The translations under genes were made by a program, and so were the position numbers. From the NCBI RefSeq assembly GCF_963921235.1, contig NC_086107.1, forward strand, positions 98,394,001-98,458,000: DNA of 64,000 bases, read 5' to 3'. The stretch is from Mobula hypostoma (lineage: Eukaryota). The notes beneath the pieces were generated by a model, which was not told the DNA's origin, ran no database searches, and worked only from the letters and a program-made list of their open reading frames with translations. Below are positions 40,094 through 52,010 of this stretch, one piece after another. How positions within the stretch are numbered: the stretch's first letter is position 1; each line of letters opens with the position of its first letter.

Positions 40094-40411
40094 CTGTAGA
40101 AGACAACAGTCACCAGACGCTCAGAAGGGCAACACAAGTGACAATTCCTCATGCAGGAAAACTATCAGCCAGCTCCCTCACTCCACATCGTCCCCAAAGG
40201 GGCATCGCTTCAGCCTATGGCTCAGATAAACAGATTGCAAGTGCAATCGTCAGGTCTTCCTATTATCGATCATTACATCTGGCAATAGAAATGACTCTCC
40301 CTAAACAAAGATATAGATCTACAAATGTTAAATCTTTCTCTGAATGACAGTTCTTTAATAGGATTTCTCAGGAGATGAACAGGCAGAACCCCCCCCCAAA
40401 TCGCAGCGTAC

Positions 40412-40489
40412 CGTATGTAAACTGGAAAGGGAAGCTGACTTTCTGGGCGGTGTTTTCTTCGGACTAAAGACATTGCCGAACAGAGGCAT
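40412..40489 (-). CDS. CBY1: Chibby 1, first coding exon
   Basis: GCCATG start; encodes MPLFGNVFSPKKTPPRKSASLSSLHT (14-3-3 motif RKSASLS). Donor ACG|GTACGC; acceptor about 40505-40512. Confidence 0.96.
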
Positions 40490-40789
40490 GGCTCCGCTTC
40501 AGACCCTGTTATCTGTCAGTGGGTAAATAAGATAATCAGCCAAGACAAATCAAAACACAGCCACACCCACCGGATAGACGGCAACAGGAAGAAGCCAGAT
40601 CTTCTGCCTCCCCCATCCCAGGAGGCAAAAGTCTAACAGAGAGGATCAAAATCGACATAAGAGCAAGGTGTACATTTTGGAAAGAATGAGACTAAAGAAA
40701 GGAGAGGCAAAATACAACATATCATTTACAGCAGAGTCAGTCAGCTCCACGCACATGTTCATGCCCCATCTAATCGAGTGATCAAATAG

Positions 40790-41180
40790 TCATAGTCATA
40801 CTTTATTGATAAAGGGGGAAATTGGTTTTCGTTACAGTTGCACCATAAATAATTAAATATTAATAGAACCATAAATAGTTAAATAGTAATATGTAAATTA
40901 TGCCAGGAAATAAGTCCAGGGCCAGCCTATTGGCTCAGGGTGTCTGACCCTCCAAGGGAGAAGTTGTAAAATTTGATGGCCACAGGCAGGAATGACTTCC
41001 TATGACGCTCTGTGTTGCACCTCGGTGGAATGAGTCTCTGGCTGAATGTACTCCTGTGTCCACCCAGTACATTATGTAGTGGATGGGAGACATTGTCCAA
41101 GATGGCATGCAACTTGGACAGCATCCTCTTTTCAGACACCACCGTGAGAGAGTCCAGTTTCATCCCCACAACATCACTGG
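40790..41180 (-). mobile_element. Rex1-like LINE 3' end
   Basis: MLSKLHAILDNVSHPLH...CNTERHRKSFLPVAIKFYN; (TATGAC) tail. Confidence 0.75.
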
Positions 41181-42137
41181 AAATGAACTTCCTATTCCCC
41201 AAACTTTCACGAACTTCAGAATTGTTCCTATGTATTGGAAAGCATCAAATATAACTCCACAACTTTAAAGAGAAGAATGTAGGGAACTACACGTCAGTAA
41301 TAGAGAAGATGCTGAAGTTTATTATTAAGGAAATGATTAATGGACACTTAAAAATAGCAAGACTGAGCATGGTCAATGTGCATTTAGAAAAGTGCAATCA
41401 TGTGCTACAGCTCTGTAAAAGTTCTTGAGGTTGTATCCAAGCAGAATTAGTGGGTATGGTGATCTGTAATTTCAGAAGGACTTCAATAAAGTTTAACAGG
41501 CGGCAATTTAAAGAAAATGGGACCATGTGGAAACTGGAAGTAACATGGTGATGTGAATTGAAGGTTGTTAAGCTGAGAGAATCCAGAGAGCAGGAATAGA
41601 CAGGTCATTTTTGGGTTTGGAATCTTTGAAACCAGCGTAGTTCCGATATCGACATTAATGATGTGGATGAGGGGAGCGATCAATTTGCGCTTGTAAATGA
41701 TATAAAGCAGGGTGTTAGTGTGGACTGACAGGAGGATGCAGAGAAGCTTCCAGAGAATATGGGCAAGCTAAATGAATGGACAGGGGTATGGCTGATGGAT
41801 TAGAATGAGATAATTACTTTGGTAGAAATAGAATGGTAGAGTTTTTATTAAATGGTGAAAATTGAAAGGTGTTGGTGTTCAGAGGGCCCTTCTAAAATTA
41901 TTGGATAAGTACAGCAAACAAGTCTGAAGACTTGAAGACAAAGAGACTGCAGACCCTGGATTCTGGAACAACAAACAAGATGCTGGGAGAACTCAGTCGG
42001 TCAGGCAGAATCTGTGGAAGGGAATGGGCAGTCAATGTTTTGGGTTGAGTCCCTTCATTTGGACTGAAAGAAAGAAGGGAGACATTATAAAAAGATCAGC
42101 AGAAGAAGTAGAGCAAAAGCTAGCAAGCTATAGTAAG

Positions 42138-42175
42138 CAATCGATGTTTCGGGCCGAGACCCTTCATCAGGACTG
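42138..42175 (-). ncRNA. Minimal hammerhead ribozyme motif
   Basis: CAGUC CUGAUGA A GGGUCUCGGCCC GAAAC AUC GAUUG. Confidence 0.6.
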
Positions 42176-42197
42176 GGAAAAAAAGATAGGTCAGACT

Positions 42198-42885
42198 CTA
42201 AACGCAAACAACAGGAATTCTGCAGATGCTGGAAATTCAAGCAACATACATCAAAGTTGCTGGTGAACGCAGCAGGCCAAGCAGCATCTATAGGAAGAGG
42301 CGCAGTCGACGTTTCAGGCCGAGACCCTTCGTCAGGACCTGTCATGTCAGGTCAGACTCTGACATGTCAATCCATGGCCTCCTCTTCTGCCGCAATAAGG
42401 CCACACACAGGTTGGAGGAACAACATCTTATATTCTGCCTGGGTAGCCTCCAACCTGATGGCATGAACATCGATCTCTCAAACTTTCAGTAATTGCCCCC
42501 CCCACTTCACCATTCCCCATTTCTATCTCCGTCTCTCACCTTATCTCCTTCCCTTCCCATCACTTCCCTCTGGTGCTCCTCCCTCTTCCCTTTCTTCCAT
42601 GGTCTTCTGCCCTCTCCTATCAGATTCCTCCTTCTCCAGCCCCTCATCTCTTTCACCAACTTTCCAGCTCTTTACTTCACCCCCTCTCCCAGTTTCACCT
42701 ATCACCTACCACCTTGTACCTCTTCCTACCCTCTCCCCACCTTCTTAGTCTGGCTTCTCATCTCTTTTTTTCCAGTCCTGCTGAAGGGTCTCGGCCCGGA
42801 ACGTCGACTGCTTACTCTTTTCCTCCAGCATTTTGTGTGTGTGTGCTGCTTGGATTTCCAGCATCTACAGATTTTCTCGTGTTTG
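42198..42885 (+). mobile_element. Penelope-like element 3' end with inverted upstream terminal repeat
   Basis: HGLLFCRNKATHRLEEQHLIFCLGSLQPDGMNIDLSNF* (GIY-YIG C-terminus); terminal repeats in opposite orientation at 42198-42340 and 42773-42885. Confidence 0.82.
42303..42338 (-). ncRNA. Minimal hammerhead ribozyme motif
   Basis: GUC CUGACGA A GGGUCUCGGCCU GAAAC GUC GACUG. Confidence 0.62.
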
Positions 42886-43124
42886 AAGCTACGGGTGGAT
42901 CCAGGTAAGGGGCCGTGATAGAGGAGGGGGAGAGTGAAAATAGTGATGGGTAGAAACAACAGAGGGCTGCAGATGATGAAATCTCATAGGAGTGAAGGTG
43001 AAGCGTAGGAAATGTGAGGGTGGGCGGTGGGGAGAGATTCTTGGCAACAGCTGGGGGTGGGAGGAGAAACAGTGGAAAGAGTATGGGGAGCATATGGAGT
43101 AACTCTAGGAAGAATTAAGATCAG

Positions 43125-43505
43125 GACAATAGACAATAGGTGCAGGAGTAGGCCATTCAGCCCTTCGAGCCAGCACCGCCATTCACTGTGATCATGGCTG
43201 ATCATCCACAATCAGTATTAAGTTCCTGTCTTATCCCCATAACCTTTGATTCTGCCATCTTTAAGAGCTCTATTCATCTCTTTCTTGAAAACATCCAGAG
43301 ACTTGGCCTCCACTGCCTTCTGGGGCAGAGCATTCCACATATCCACCACTCTCTGGGTGAAAAAGTTTTTCCTCAACTCCGTTCTAAATGGCCCACCCCT
43401 TATTCTTAAACTGTGGCCTCTGGTTCTGGACTCACCCATCAGTGGGAACATGCTTCCTGCCTCCAGCGTGTCCAATCCCTTAATAATCTTATATGTTTCA
43501 ATCAG
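43125..43505 (-). mobile_element. CR1 LINE 3' end
   Basis: ESRTRGHSLRIRGGPFRTELRKNFFTQRVVDMWNALPQ. Confidence 0.85.
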
Positions 43506-44329
43506 GAGAGGAGAGGAGAGGAAAGGGACAGAGGGAGAGCCACTTACCTGAAATTGGAGACTTCAATGTTGCACATTACCCAGGCAGAATCTAAGGTGTT
43601 GTCCCTCTAGTCTGCTTCAGAAGCCTGACTGTACATTAGCCTTAACTGCAAGATGATCTGAGCGGGGGGAAAAAAAAACATCTCACTGAAATTTTATGGT
43701 GCACCTGGACAAATGGGAATCCCTGGCCCACAATCACTACAGGCAAAGCAGCAGCATTGGAGATGGTATTGAGAACCTCAAGTCCATGCACCAGAAACAT
43801 ACAGCACAGACAGCCGAAGGAGCAGATCACCTCCCACATGACCCACCCAATCCATAAGCACTTCCTGCCGCGTCGGTCCGCGGAGTCTGCAGATCCCACA
43901 CTGCCCACCTACAGTAACGGATTACCCCACATACGTTATATTTTACTTAGGTTCCTGTAAGTCTTCCCACGTCTTGTGTCATTCTCAGTGATAACTGCAT
44001 AATCCACCAAACTCGACTTAGGTGCCATCCTCAGATTTTGGATTGTAGTTTCAATTCCTAACCCCATACTATTGATGTAAATAGAGCACAGTGGTTCCAG
44101 AACAATACCCATTTAACACCTCCTCTGATGTTGTCCTCTGCCCCCTTTAAAACCCATTGGTTTCAGGTTTGGACCAGTTTGCTATCCATTCTATTTGTTT
44201 CCAACTCCTATGAATTTCGGCTGAAAATCCCAATATATTAACGTGATTCTATCCCACCCTTTCTACTGCCCTCTCGATTGAGGTTGACCTTTCTGCCAGG
44301 AATTTCTGTTTACTAATACCCCCTGCCAC

Positions 44330-45110
44330 CTCACTCCCCTGTCCACCCTCTCCCCAACTCACACTCTCCCTCAGCCTCTCTCCCCACAACTTGTGTCACC
44401 CTCCGCATCCCTCCCCACCTCATGCCCCTCCGCCCCAATTCACTCCGCCTCACCCCACAACTCACATCACCCTCCGATCCCTCCCCTCAACTCACATCAC
44501 CCTCCGACCCCTCCCTACAACTCACTCTCCCCTCAACTCACATCCCCCTACATATCTACCCCCACCTCACTCCCCGTCCACCCTCTCCCCAATTCATACT
44601 CCCCCTCTCTCCCCACAACTTGTGTCACCCTCCGCATCCCTCCCCCACCTCATGCCCCTCCGCCCCAATTCACTCCGCCTCACCCAACTCACATCACACT
44701 CCGATCCCTCCCCTCAACTCACATCACCCTCTGACCCCTCCCTACAACCCACTCTCCCCTCAACTCACATCCCCCTACATATCTACCCCCACCTCACTCC
44801 CCTGTCCACCGTCTCCCCCAATTCATACTCCCCCTCTCTCCCCACAGCTTGTGTCACCATCCGCATCCCTCCCCCACCTCATGCCCCTCCGCCCCAATTC
44901 ACTCCGCCTCACCCAACTCACATCACACTCCGAGCCCTCCCCTCAACTCACATCACATCACCCTCCGACCCCTCCCTACAACTCACATCACTCTCCAATC
45001 CCTCCCCTCAACTCACATCACATCACCCTCCAACCCCTCCCTACAACTTACATCACTCTCCCCTCAACTCACATCCCCCTACATATCTACCCCCACCTCA
45101 CTGCCTCTCA
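44330..45110. repeat. C-rich compound tandem repeat (~230 bp unit, about 3 copies, with CAACTCACATCAC subrepeats)
   Basis: CTTGTGTCACC anchors recur near 44390, 44619 and 44848. Confidence 0.9.
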
Positions 45111-45169
45111 ATCCCCTACACCCCACCCCACCCCTTTTCCCTTTCCTTCCCCCTTCACCTCCCACACTC

Positions 45170-45345
45170 CTGCGGCTCCGAGTGTACCACCAGCCGTACT
45201 CCGCACGGGCTCGAAGATGGGTTAGGCCGCAGGCGCCCCCTTCCGCTGCCGCGTCACACGGACGCGCCGGGTCACCATAGCAACCGTCAACAGCGGGCCA
45301 CGTGACTGGCAGGGCGCAGGCGAGAGGGTGAGAGAGACGGGAGCG
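45170..45345. promoter_or_regulatory. CpG-rich bidirectional promoter of CBY1/FAM227A
   Basis: Local CpG cluster between divergent genes. X-box GTCACCATAGCAAC at 45271-45284; E-box CACGTG at 45299-45304. Confidence 0.8.
45271..45284. promoter_or_regulatory. RFX X-box
   Basis: GTCACCATAGCAAC fits GTNRCC-AT-RGYAAC, the motif typical of ciliary gene promoters. Confidence 0.75.
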
Positions 45346-45869
45346 GCTAGGGAGAGAGCTGAGGGACAGGGGGTAGTGAGTGATGGAGGGGGGACACTGA
45401 GTTGGAAAGTAGATATGGATGAGGAAGAGTATTTGGGGAGCGAGAAGTGAGGAGAAGGAGAAATGGGGACTGGGAGAAGAGATGGCAGGGTGGTGTGGGA
45501 ATGTAGGGGAGTGGAGAGAGGGATGGGCAGGGAGGAGAGGGGAATGGAGATGTGGGAATGTAGGTGGGACGGAAAGGGAGGGAGAGAGGGTTGCTTGGAA
45601 GGAGGAGAGAAAGAATGGGGGAATGAGGCAAGATAGTGATGTGGTGGATGACACAGGTAGAATGTGGATCTAAGTGTGTTAGTGATGGACGTGGAATGAG
45701 GAGGATAAGGGAGGGGGTGGAGTGGCAAATACATTCCCATCTTGCCCCTCAGATTCCAGTCCCTAAAACCTTACCCCACTCCCTCAGGCTTCACGTAGTC
45801 CAACACACGCACACACTCCACTGAAAGTGATTTGCTGGGTCTCAACAAGCCTCTGTTCCCCTCTTAAGA

Positions 45870-46014
45870 ATGTTAGGGAGCAGAGGCACGATGGTGGAGA
45901 TTAACTGTCGCCTCACTCATCTGGAAATCTTCGAGGAAGATTTGAATGTACCTTTGGAAGTGGCCGCCAAGCAGAAGCAGACTCTGCGGAGGAATCTGGA
46001 GAGGGCGTCTGCAC
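45870..46014 (+). CDS. FAM227A: FAM227A first coding exon (likely start ATG 45891)
   Basis: MVEINCRLTHLEIFEEDLNVPLEVAAKQKQTLRRNLERASA resembles the FAM227A N-terminus as I recall it. Head-to-head with CBY1 as in human 22q13. Acceptor ttaag| at 45868; donor C|GTATCCTT. Confidence 0.75.
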
Positions 46015-46270
46015 GTATCCTTCGATTGGTTACGGATAGGGGAGGGCTTTTGGAGGGGAAAGGGGCTGTGCAGAACAAGGGGCAAGTTGCTCACTGCCTG
46101 TTCAGGGTGTGTTTGTAGCTTGTCACAGTTTGGCAGGGCACTGAGGGAGCAGTTCTGTGCTGAACATCCTCCTTTGACTATGAGGAGCCTGTGTTACATA
46201 AATTAACACAGAAAATGCTGGAAACAGTCAGAAGGTCAAGTAGTGCCTATGGAGAGAGAAACTTCTAATA

Positions 46271-47500
46271 CACTGCATGGCAACTTTATTGATACCTCTT
46301 GTATCTAACAAAGTGGCCACTGCGTGTACGTACGTGGTCTCCTGATGCTGTAAGGTTTGATGGGTGTTTAGAGATGCTCTCTGCACACCACTGCTGTAAC
46401 GCTTGGTTATTTGAGTTTCTGTCGCCGCCTTCCTGTCAGCTTGAAACAGTCTGGCTTTTCTCCTCTCACCTCGCTCAATAACAAAGTTTTCACCTGCAGC
46501 TCGCTGGATTGTTTTTATTTTGGTTTCCACACCATTCTCTGTAAACTCTAGAGACTGTTGTACATGAAAATCCTAGGTGATCAGCAGTTTCTGAGATTTT
46601 ACTCATTTATTTGTTGAGATACAATGCAGGAGACACCATTCCAGCCCCTTGAGCCGCACCACTTAGCAATCCCCCGATTTAATCCTGGCCTAATTATGGG
46701 TCAATTTACAGTGACCAATCAACCTAACAACCTGTACCTCGTTTGGAATGTGGGAGGAAACCGGGGCACCCAGAGGAAACCCACACGGTCACAGGAAGAT
46801 CATACAAACTCCTTACAGGCAGCAGTGGGAATTGAACCTGGGTCGCCTGTACCATAAAGCATTGTGCTAACCCATCCTGGGACTCACTTTACACCACACG
46901 CTGCTGGAGTCGTGCTGCCAAGATAATCAAGGACACCACCCACCCAGCCAACACACTTTTCGTCCCTCTTCCCTCAGGGAGGAGGCTCAAGAGCTTGAAG
47001 ACTCGTACTGCCAGATTTGGGAACAGCTTCTTTCCAACTGTGATAAGTGCTGAATGGATCCTGACCTGGATCTGGGCCGTACCCTCCAAATATCTGGACC
47101 TGCCTCTCGGTTTTTTTGCACTACCTTACTTTCCCTTTTCTATTTTCTATTTATGATTTATAATTTAAATTTTTAATACTTACTATTGATTTGTACTCCA
47201 GGGAGCGTGAAGCGCAGAATCAAATATTGCTGTGATGATTGTACATTCTAGTATCAATTGTTTGGCGACAATAAAGTAGAAAGTATAACCCTTCACTCAA
47301 ACCACGCCATCTGGCGCCAACAACCGTTCCACGGTCAGTCACTTAGACCTCATTTCTTCCCCATGCTCATGTTTGGTCTGAACAAGAACTGAACCGCTCG
47401 ACCATGTCTGCGTGCTCTTATGGATTGAGTTGTTGTGTGATTGATTGATTAGATATTTGCATTTATCGGCAGGTGTGCCTAATAAAGTGCCCATTGACTG
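46271..47500. mobile_element. Non-autonomous Tc1/mariner-like element interrupted by a V-SINE and a Rex1-like tail
   Basis: TA-flanked CACT..TGGC.ACTTTATT / AATAAAGTG.CCA termini; minus-strand remnant RKAATETQITKRYSSGVQ. Confidence 0.6.
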
Positions 47501-48099
47501 TATTTCAGGTTTCAGACTATTTGTCCAGACATGGTGATCAGTAAGCTCCCTGGCCACTGTAAGTTGCTCCCAGTGGGAGTACTATGTAGGATAATCCATG
47601 GGAGGCTGATGGGCATGAGGAAGGTGACAGTGAAATTACTACAGTAAAGAGACTCACAAACAGGAGAAAATCTGCAGATACTGGAAATCCAAGCAACACA
47701 CACAAAATGCTGGAAGAGCTCAGCAGGCCAGGCGACATCTATGGAAAAGAGTAAACAGTCGACGTTTTGAGCCAAAACCCTTCGGTAGGACTGGAGAAGA
47801 AAAAGCTGAGAAGTAGATTTAAAAGGTGGGGGGAGGGAGAGAGAGAAACACAAGGTGATAGGTGAAACCTGAAGGGGGAGGGGATGAAGAGCTGGGAAAT
47901 AAATTGGTAAAGGGTAACGGGACTGATGGTATTTCTGTCAGAATTGGTATAGACTTGATGGGCCAAACAGCTTCCAATGCATTAAGAAAATATATGGTGG
48001 CGTCGTCGTCATCATCGTCATCATTATGTGCCATTCAGATGACATCATCATCATGTGAGGTGTCATATGGCGTCACCATTTTGTGTGGTGTCATATGAC

Positions 48100-48475
48100 A
48101 TCATCATTATGTGTGGTGTCGTATGACGTGGGCGATCATGGTCTCATGAACATGATTGTTCTTGGCAAATTTTTCTACAGAAGCAGGTTTGCCATTTGTT
48201 GTCTTCTGGGCAATATCTTCACAAGACAAGACAGAAGACCCCAGCCATTATCTTCAGGGATCGTCCGCCTCGGCGTCAGTATCACATAACCAGGGCTTGT
48301 GATATGCACCAGCGGCTCATAGGACCATCCACCAACCGCTCCCACAGCTTCATGTGACCCTGATCGGGGGGCTAAGCAGGTGCTACACCTTGCCCAAGGG
48401 TGGCCTGCAGGATAGCAGAGGGAAGGAGCACCTTACACCGAAATTGGTAAAGACGTATCGCCATCCTGCCACCCA
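48100..48475 (-). mobile_element. Short element with RTE/BovB-like tail
   Basis: Reverse copy of 14627-14985; tail repeated at 48000-48130. Confidence 0.7.
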
Positions 48476-48729
48476 ACATGGGGTATAAACATGATAGAAT
48501 AAGAGATAGCAAAATAAAATCTGTTTTTGACAGTGAGGATAATCAGGAGCTACAGGCCAATACCAACAGTGATCAGTTGTAAAACGGGCAGAGCAATGGT
48601 AGATGGAGTTAAACCTTGACAAATGCAAGCAGAAGCACTTTGGTTGGACTGAATAAGACGAGAAAGTTAGGAGTCCTCAGGAGTATTGAGGAACAGATGG
48701 ACCTTGGTGTACATCTACAGATCATTAGA

Positions 48730-49050
48730 CCATTAGATATAGGAGCAGAATTAGGCCATTTGGCCCATTAAGTCTGCTCTGCTGATTTAATCATGGCTCA
48801 TTCAATTTCCTTTCAGGCCCAATGTCCTGCCTTCTCCCCATAATACTTCGTGTCCCCCCCCCCCCGACCAATCAAGAATCTATCAAGCTCTGCTTTAAAT
48901 ATACCTAACGACTTGACCGCCACAGCCCCCCATGGCAATTCCACAGATTCACCATTCTCTGGCTAAAGAAATTTCCCCTCATGCCTGTTCAAAATGGATG
49001 TCCCTCTATTCTGAGGCTGCGTCCTCTGGTCTTAGACTCCCCCACCAAAG
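48730..49050 (-). mobile_element. CR1 LINE 3' end
   Basis: Homologous to 18195-18590. Confidence 0.75.
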
Positions 49051-49499
49051 GAAAAAGACCCCTGAGATGGCAGAATGAGTAGACAAGGTGTGAAAAAGAA
49101 ACATGGGATTCTTGCCTACAGAAGCTGGGGCACAAAGTGCGAGAATAAGGAGTTATCATAGTGATACAAAACGTAAGTTAGGCGACAGCTAGGTACTCTG
49201 TGCAGTTCTGATTGCCACGTTATCAAGAGGATGTGATTGCACTGGAACAGTGTAAGATAAGATAAAACATTATTTATCCTGAAGGAAGTTATTGTTGCAA
49301 GGTTGCTCAGTCAGAAACATATACTTTAAAATACAAAATGTAAACATTGAGGTATGAAAAAAATACAAAATGTGCATTAAAAAGTTATAGTTTAAGATAC
49401 CAATGTGCAATGAAACCATATACTTGTATACTTGAGGAAGAGGAGGAGGAGGAGGAGGAGTTGTAGAGTCTTATAGCCACAGGGAGAAACTGCTGTGTA

Positions 49500-50080
49500 C
49501 GTACATCTATTGATGCCTCTGGACACATCTTCAGTGATGCTCCTGGAATCATCGGGTGTTTCGGGTCTTTCAACATCATACAACCTCCTCCAGGTGACCC
49601 AGCCGGGGCTGATCAGACCCCAGCTTGTGTCCAGATGGCTAGCTACTTATGACTCCATGGCTCCCCTCTTTTGAGCCACAGCCATCTTGAGGCCCTCTCT
49701 GCCGCATCGGTGGTACTGCAGATGGCTCTCCTCTTCCCCTCTCCCTCGATGCCCAAAATGCTGAAGGCTCTAACTAAAGAACAGACTATGAATCCCCTAC
49801 AACCAACCTCCACTGGGAGACAACTCGCTCTCCATCCAGCCTGCTGACAATTGCTGACCAGTCCTGCGTACTTGGAGAGCTTCCTTTCAAAGACCTCTTC
49901 CAAGCTACCTTCCCATGGGACTGTCAGCTCCAGCAGCACCACTTGCTTAGTTGACTCAGACACTAGGACAATGTCTGGTCGCAGGGTGGTGGCTGCGATA
50001 TGGTTGGGGAACTTCAGCTGCCCTTTGAGGTCCACCAACAGCTTCCAGTCCCTTCCAGAGGTCAGAATGCCTGCAGATGT
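49500..50080 (-). mobile_element. HERO-like (R2 group) non-LTR retrotransposon 3' end with restriction-like endonuclease
   Basis: LRPDIVLVSESTKQVVLLELTVPWE...RKLSKY...PVEVGCRGF...AERASRWLWLKR. Confidence 0.82.
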
Positions 50081-51025
50081 TCAGAGAAAGAATCTCCTGT
50101 GGCGTTCAGTGGTGTACCTCTGGAATCAGCCTGTTACTAAAGATGCTTGTCTTTTGTCCAGTGTGTCATGGAGGGGGTGAGAAGGATTGTCCATAATGCT
50201 TTACTATAAAGATCTGCCTGAGGAGAGGCTTTCAGAAATGAGTGGAGACTGGAAAGGCTGGGTTTGTTTCCATGTGCAGAGGTAGTTGGGTTTTTGGGTA
50301 CATGATAAATGTATACAAAATTTTGAAAAGTGTAGCTAAGTCTGTAATTAAGAAACTTCCAAGTAGTCTAAAACTCGAGGGCATAGTTTTTGATGTATGG
50401 GTTAGAAATATTAGAAGAGAATAGTTTGAAGGGAGAATGTTGTAATGTGGATGTGTTTTGCCTGAAAGAGGTGTGGAGGGAGAGACTCCTACAACATTTA
50501 AATAGCTAAGCAAGCATTTGATTTGTCAAAGCCTGGAAGGCAAATTATGATCACTATGGACGTGGTATGCCAAAGGGCCTTTTCCTGTGCTGTATGACTA
50601 TGTGCTGGTTCAGCTCTCAACAGGTATAGGCACAGCAACCCAGCCACTTAGAGCTGCTATCTTCCAGCTCCATTGTCTCCTGTTCAGTCCTGACCTCCGA
50701 TGCTCTCTGTACGCAGTTTGTATCTCTCTGCATGTTCCGGTCTCCACCCGCACCCCAGAGAACCGTATCCTAGTGGCTTGGAGACACAAGAGACTGCAGT
50801 TGCTAGAATGTGGAGCAATATGAAAAAAAACAGAGGAACTCGGCGAATCAGGCAACATCTGCGGAGGGAAATGGGCAGTCAATATTTCGGGTCTAGACCC
50901 TTCACCTGGACTGGCAGAGTAGAGGGCGGACGGCCAGTATAACGTGATGATGTGTTGGTTGGGCCAGACTGACACTGAAAACTTTGCGTCAAACCTTGCC
51001 AAATTCTTTGACTTGACTGATTCAG

Positions 51026-51108
51026 CTTTTGTGGTTGGCTCAATTAACCAGGTGAACGAGAAGCTGCAGCATTTGAGTGGAACGTTCCTGGCACACCCTG
51101 CCGCTCTG
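51026..51108 (+). CDS. FAM227A: FAM227A second coding exon
   Basis: (P)FVVGSINQVNEKLQHLSGTFLAHPAAL resembles FAM227A LIGSMHQVNQKI. Phase 1 joins 46014; donor CTG|GTGAGT. Confidence 0.75.
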
Positions 51109-51407
51109 GTGAGTCGAACACTCCTGACCCGGTGACCTTCTCGGGTGGGGAGGGGTGCCCGTCCCGTGGCAGTTCGGAGGGGATCGGATTAGGTGGAGGT
51201 GGTGTTGGGGGGGAAGGTGGGGGTACGGAGGAAGTAGGGATGGGGTGTAGGAGGTGTGGGGGTGTAGGAAGAGTCAAGATGGGGAAGAGTGAGTGGAGGA
51301 GTGAGGACAGGGTGGTGTGGTATGGGTTTGGGGGCTGTGGGTGGCACTTTTGCTCTGTTGTAGACAAGAGCAGAGATAGTTGACGGGATGACTTTAGTCA
51401 ATCACAA

Positions 51408-52010
51408 CGACACACACAAAATGCTGGAGGAGCTCAGCAGGCCAGGCAGCATCTATAGAAAAGAGTAAGCAGTCGACATTTCAGGCCAAGACCCTTCATG
51501 GGGACTGTAAAGAAAGAGGAGGTCAGAGTAAGAAGGTGAGGGGAGGGGAAGGGAGGGAGAAGTACAAGGTGGTAGGTGATAGGTGAAACTGGGAGAGGGG
51601 GAGGGGATGAAGTAGAGAGTTGGGAAGTTGATTGTTGAAAGAGATAAAAGGCTGGAGAAGGGGGAATCTGATAGGAGAAGACAGCAGACTTTGGAAGAAA
51701 AGGAAGGAGGAGGAGCTCCAGAGGGAGATGATGGGCAGATGAGGAGATAAGGTGAGAGAGGGAGACAGGAGTGGCGAATGGTGAGGGGGGGGGAGTGCAA
51801 TTTCCTGCAGTTAGATAAATTGATGTTCATGCCATCCGGTTGGAGCCTATCCAGACGGAATGCAAGGTGTTCCTCCTCAAACCTGAGTGTGGCCTCATCG
51901 CGACAGTAGAGGAATATAGGAATGGAAATGGGAAGTAAAATTAAATGGGTGGCTACCAGGAGATCCCGCTTTTTCTGGCTCGTCAAAGTGGTCTCCCAAT
52001 CTACGTTTGA
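51408..52010 (-). mobile_element. Penelope-like element 3' end
   Basis: RFEEEHLAFRLDRLQPDGMNINLSN plus UTR and terminal repeat. Confidence 0.75.

Larger units (their letters stand above)
46015..51025 (+). other. U12-type (minor) GT-AG intron of FAM227A
   Basis: 5' site GTATCCTT; branch-like TTCTTTGAC at 51004-51012 with the A 14 nt before the intron end; little pyrimidine tract. Confidence 0.75.

Noticed and set aside
44391-45305. 304 aa Pro/Ser/His-rich ORF and overlapping ORFs
   Set aside because: Produced by a C-rich tandem repeat that rarely makes stop codons; open in several frames with no protein signature.
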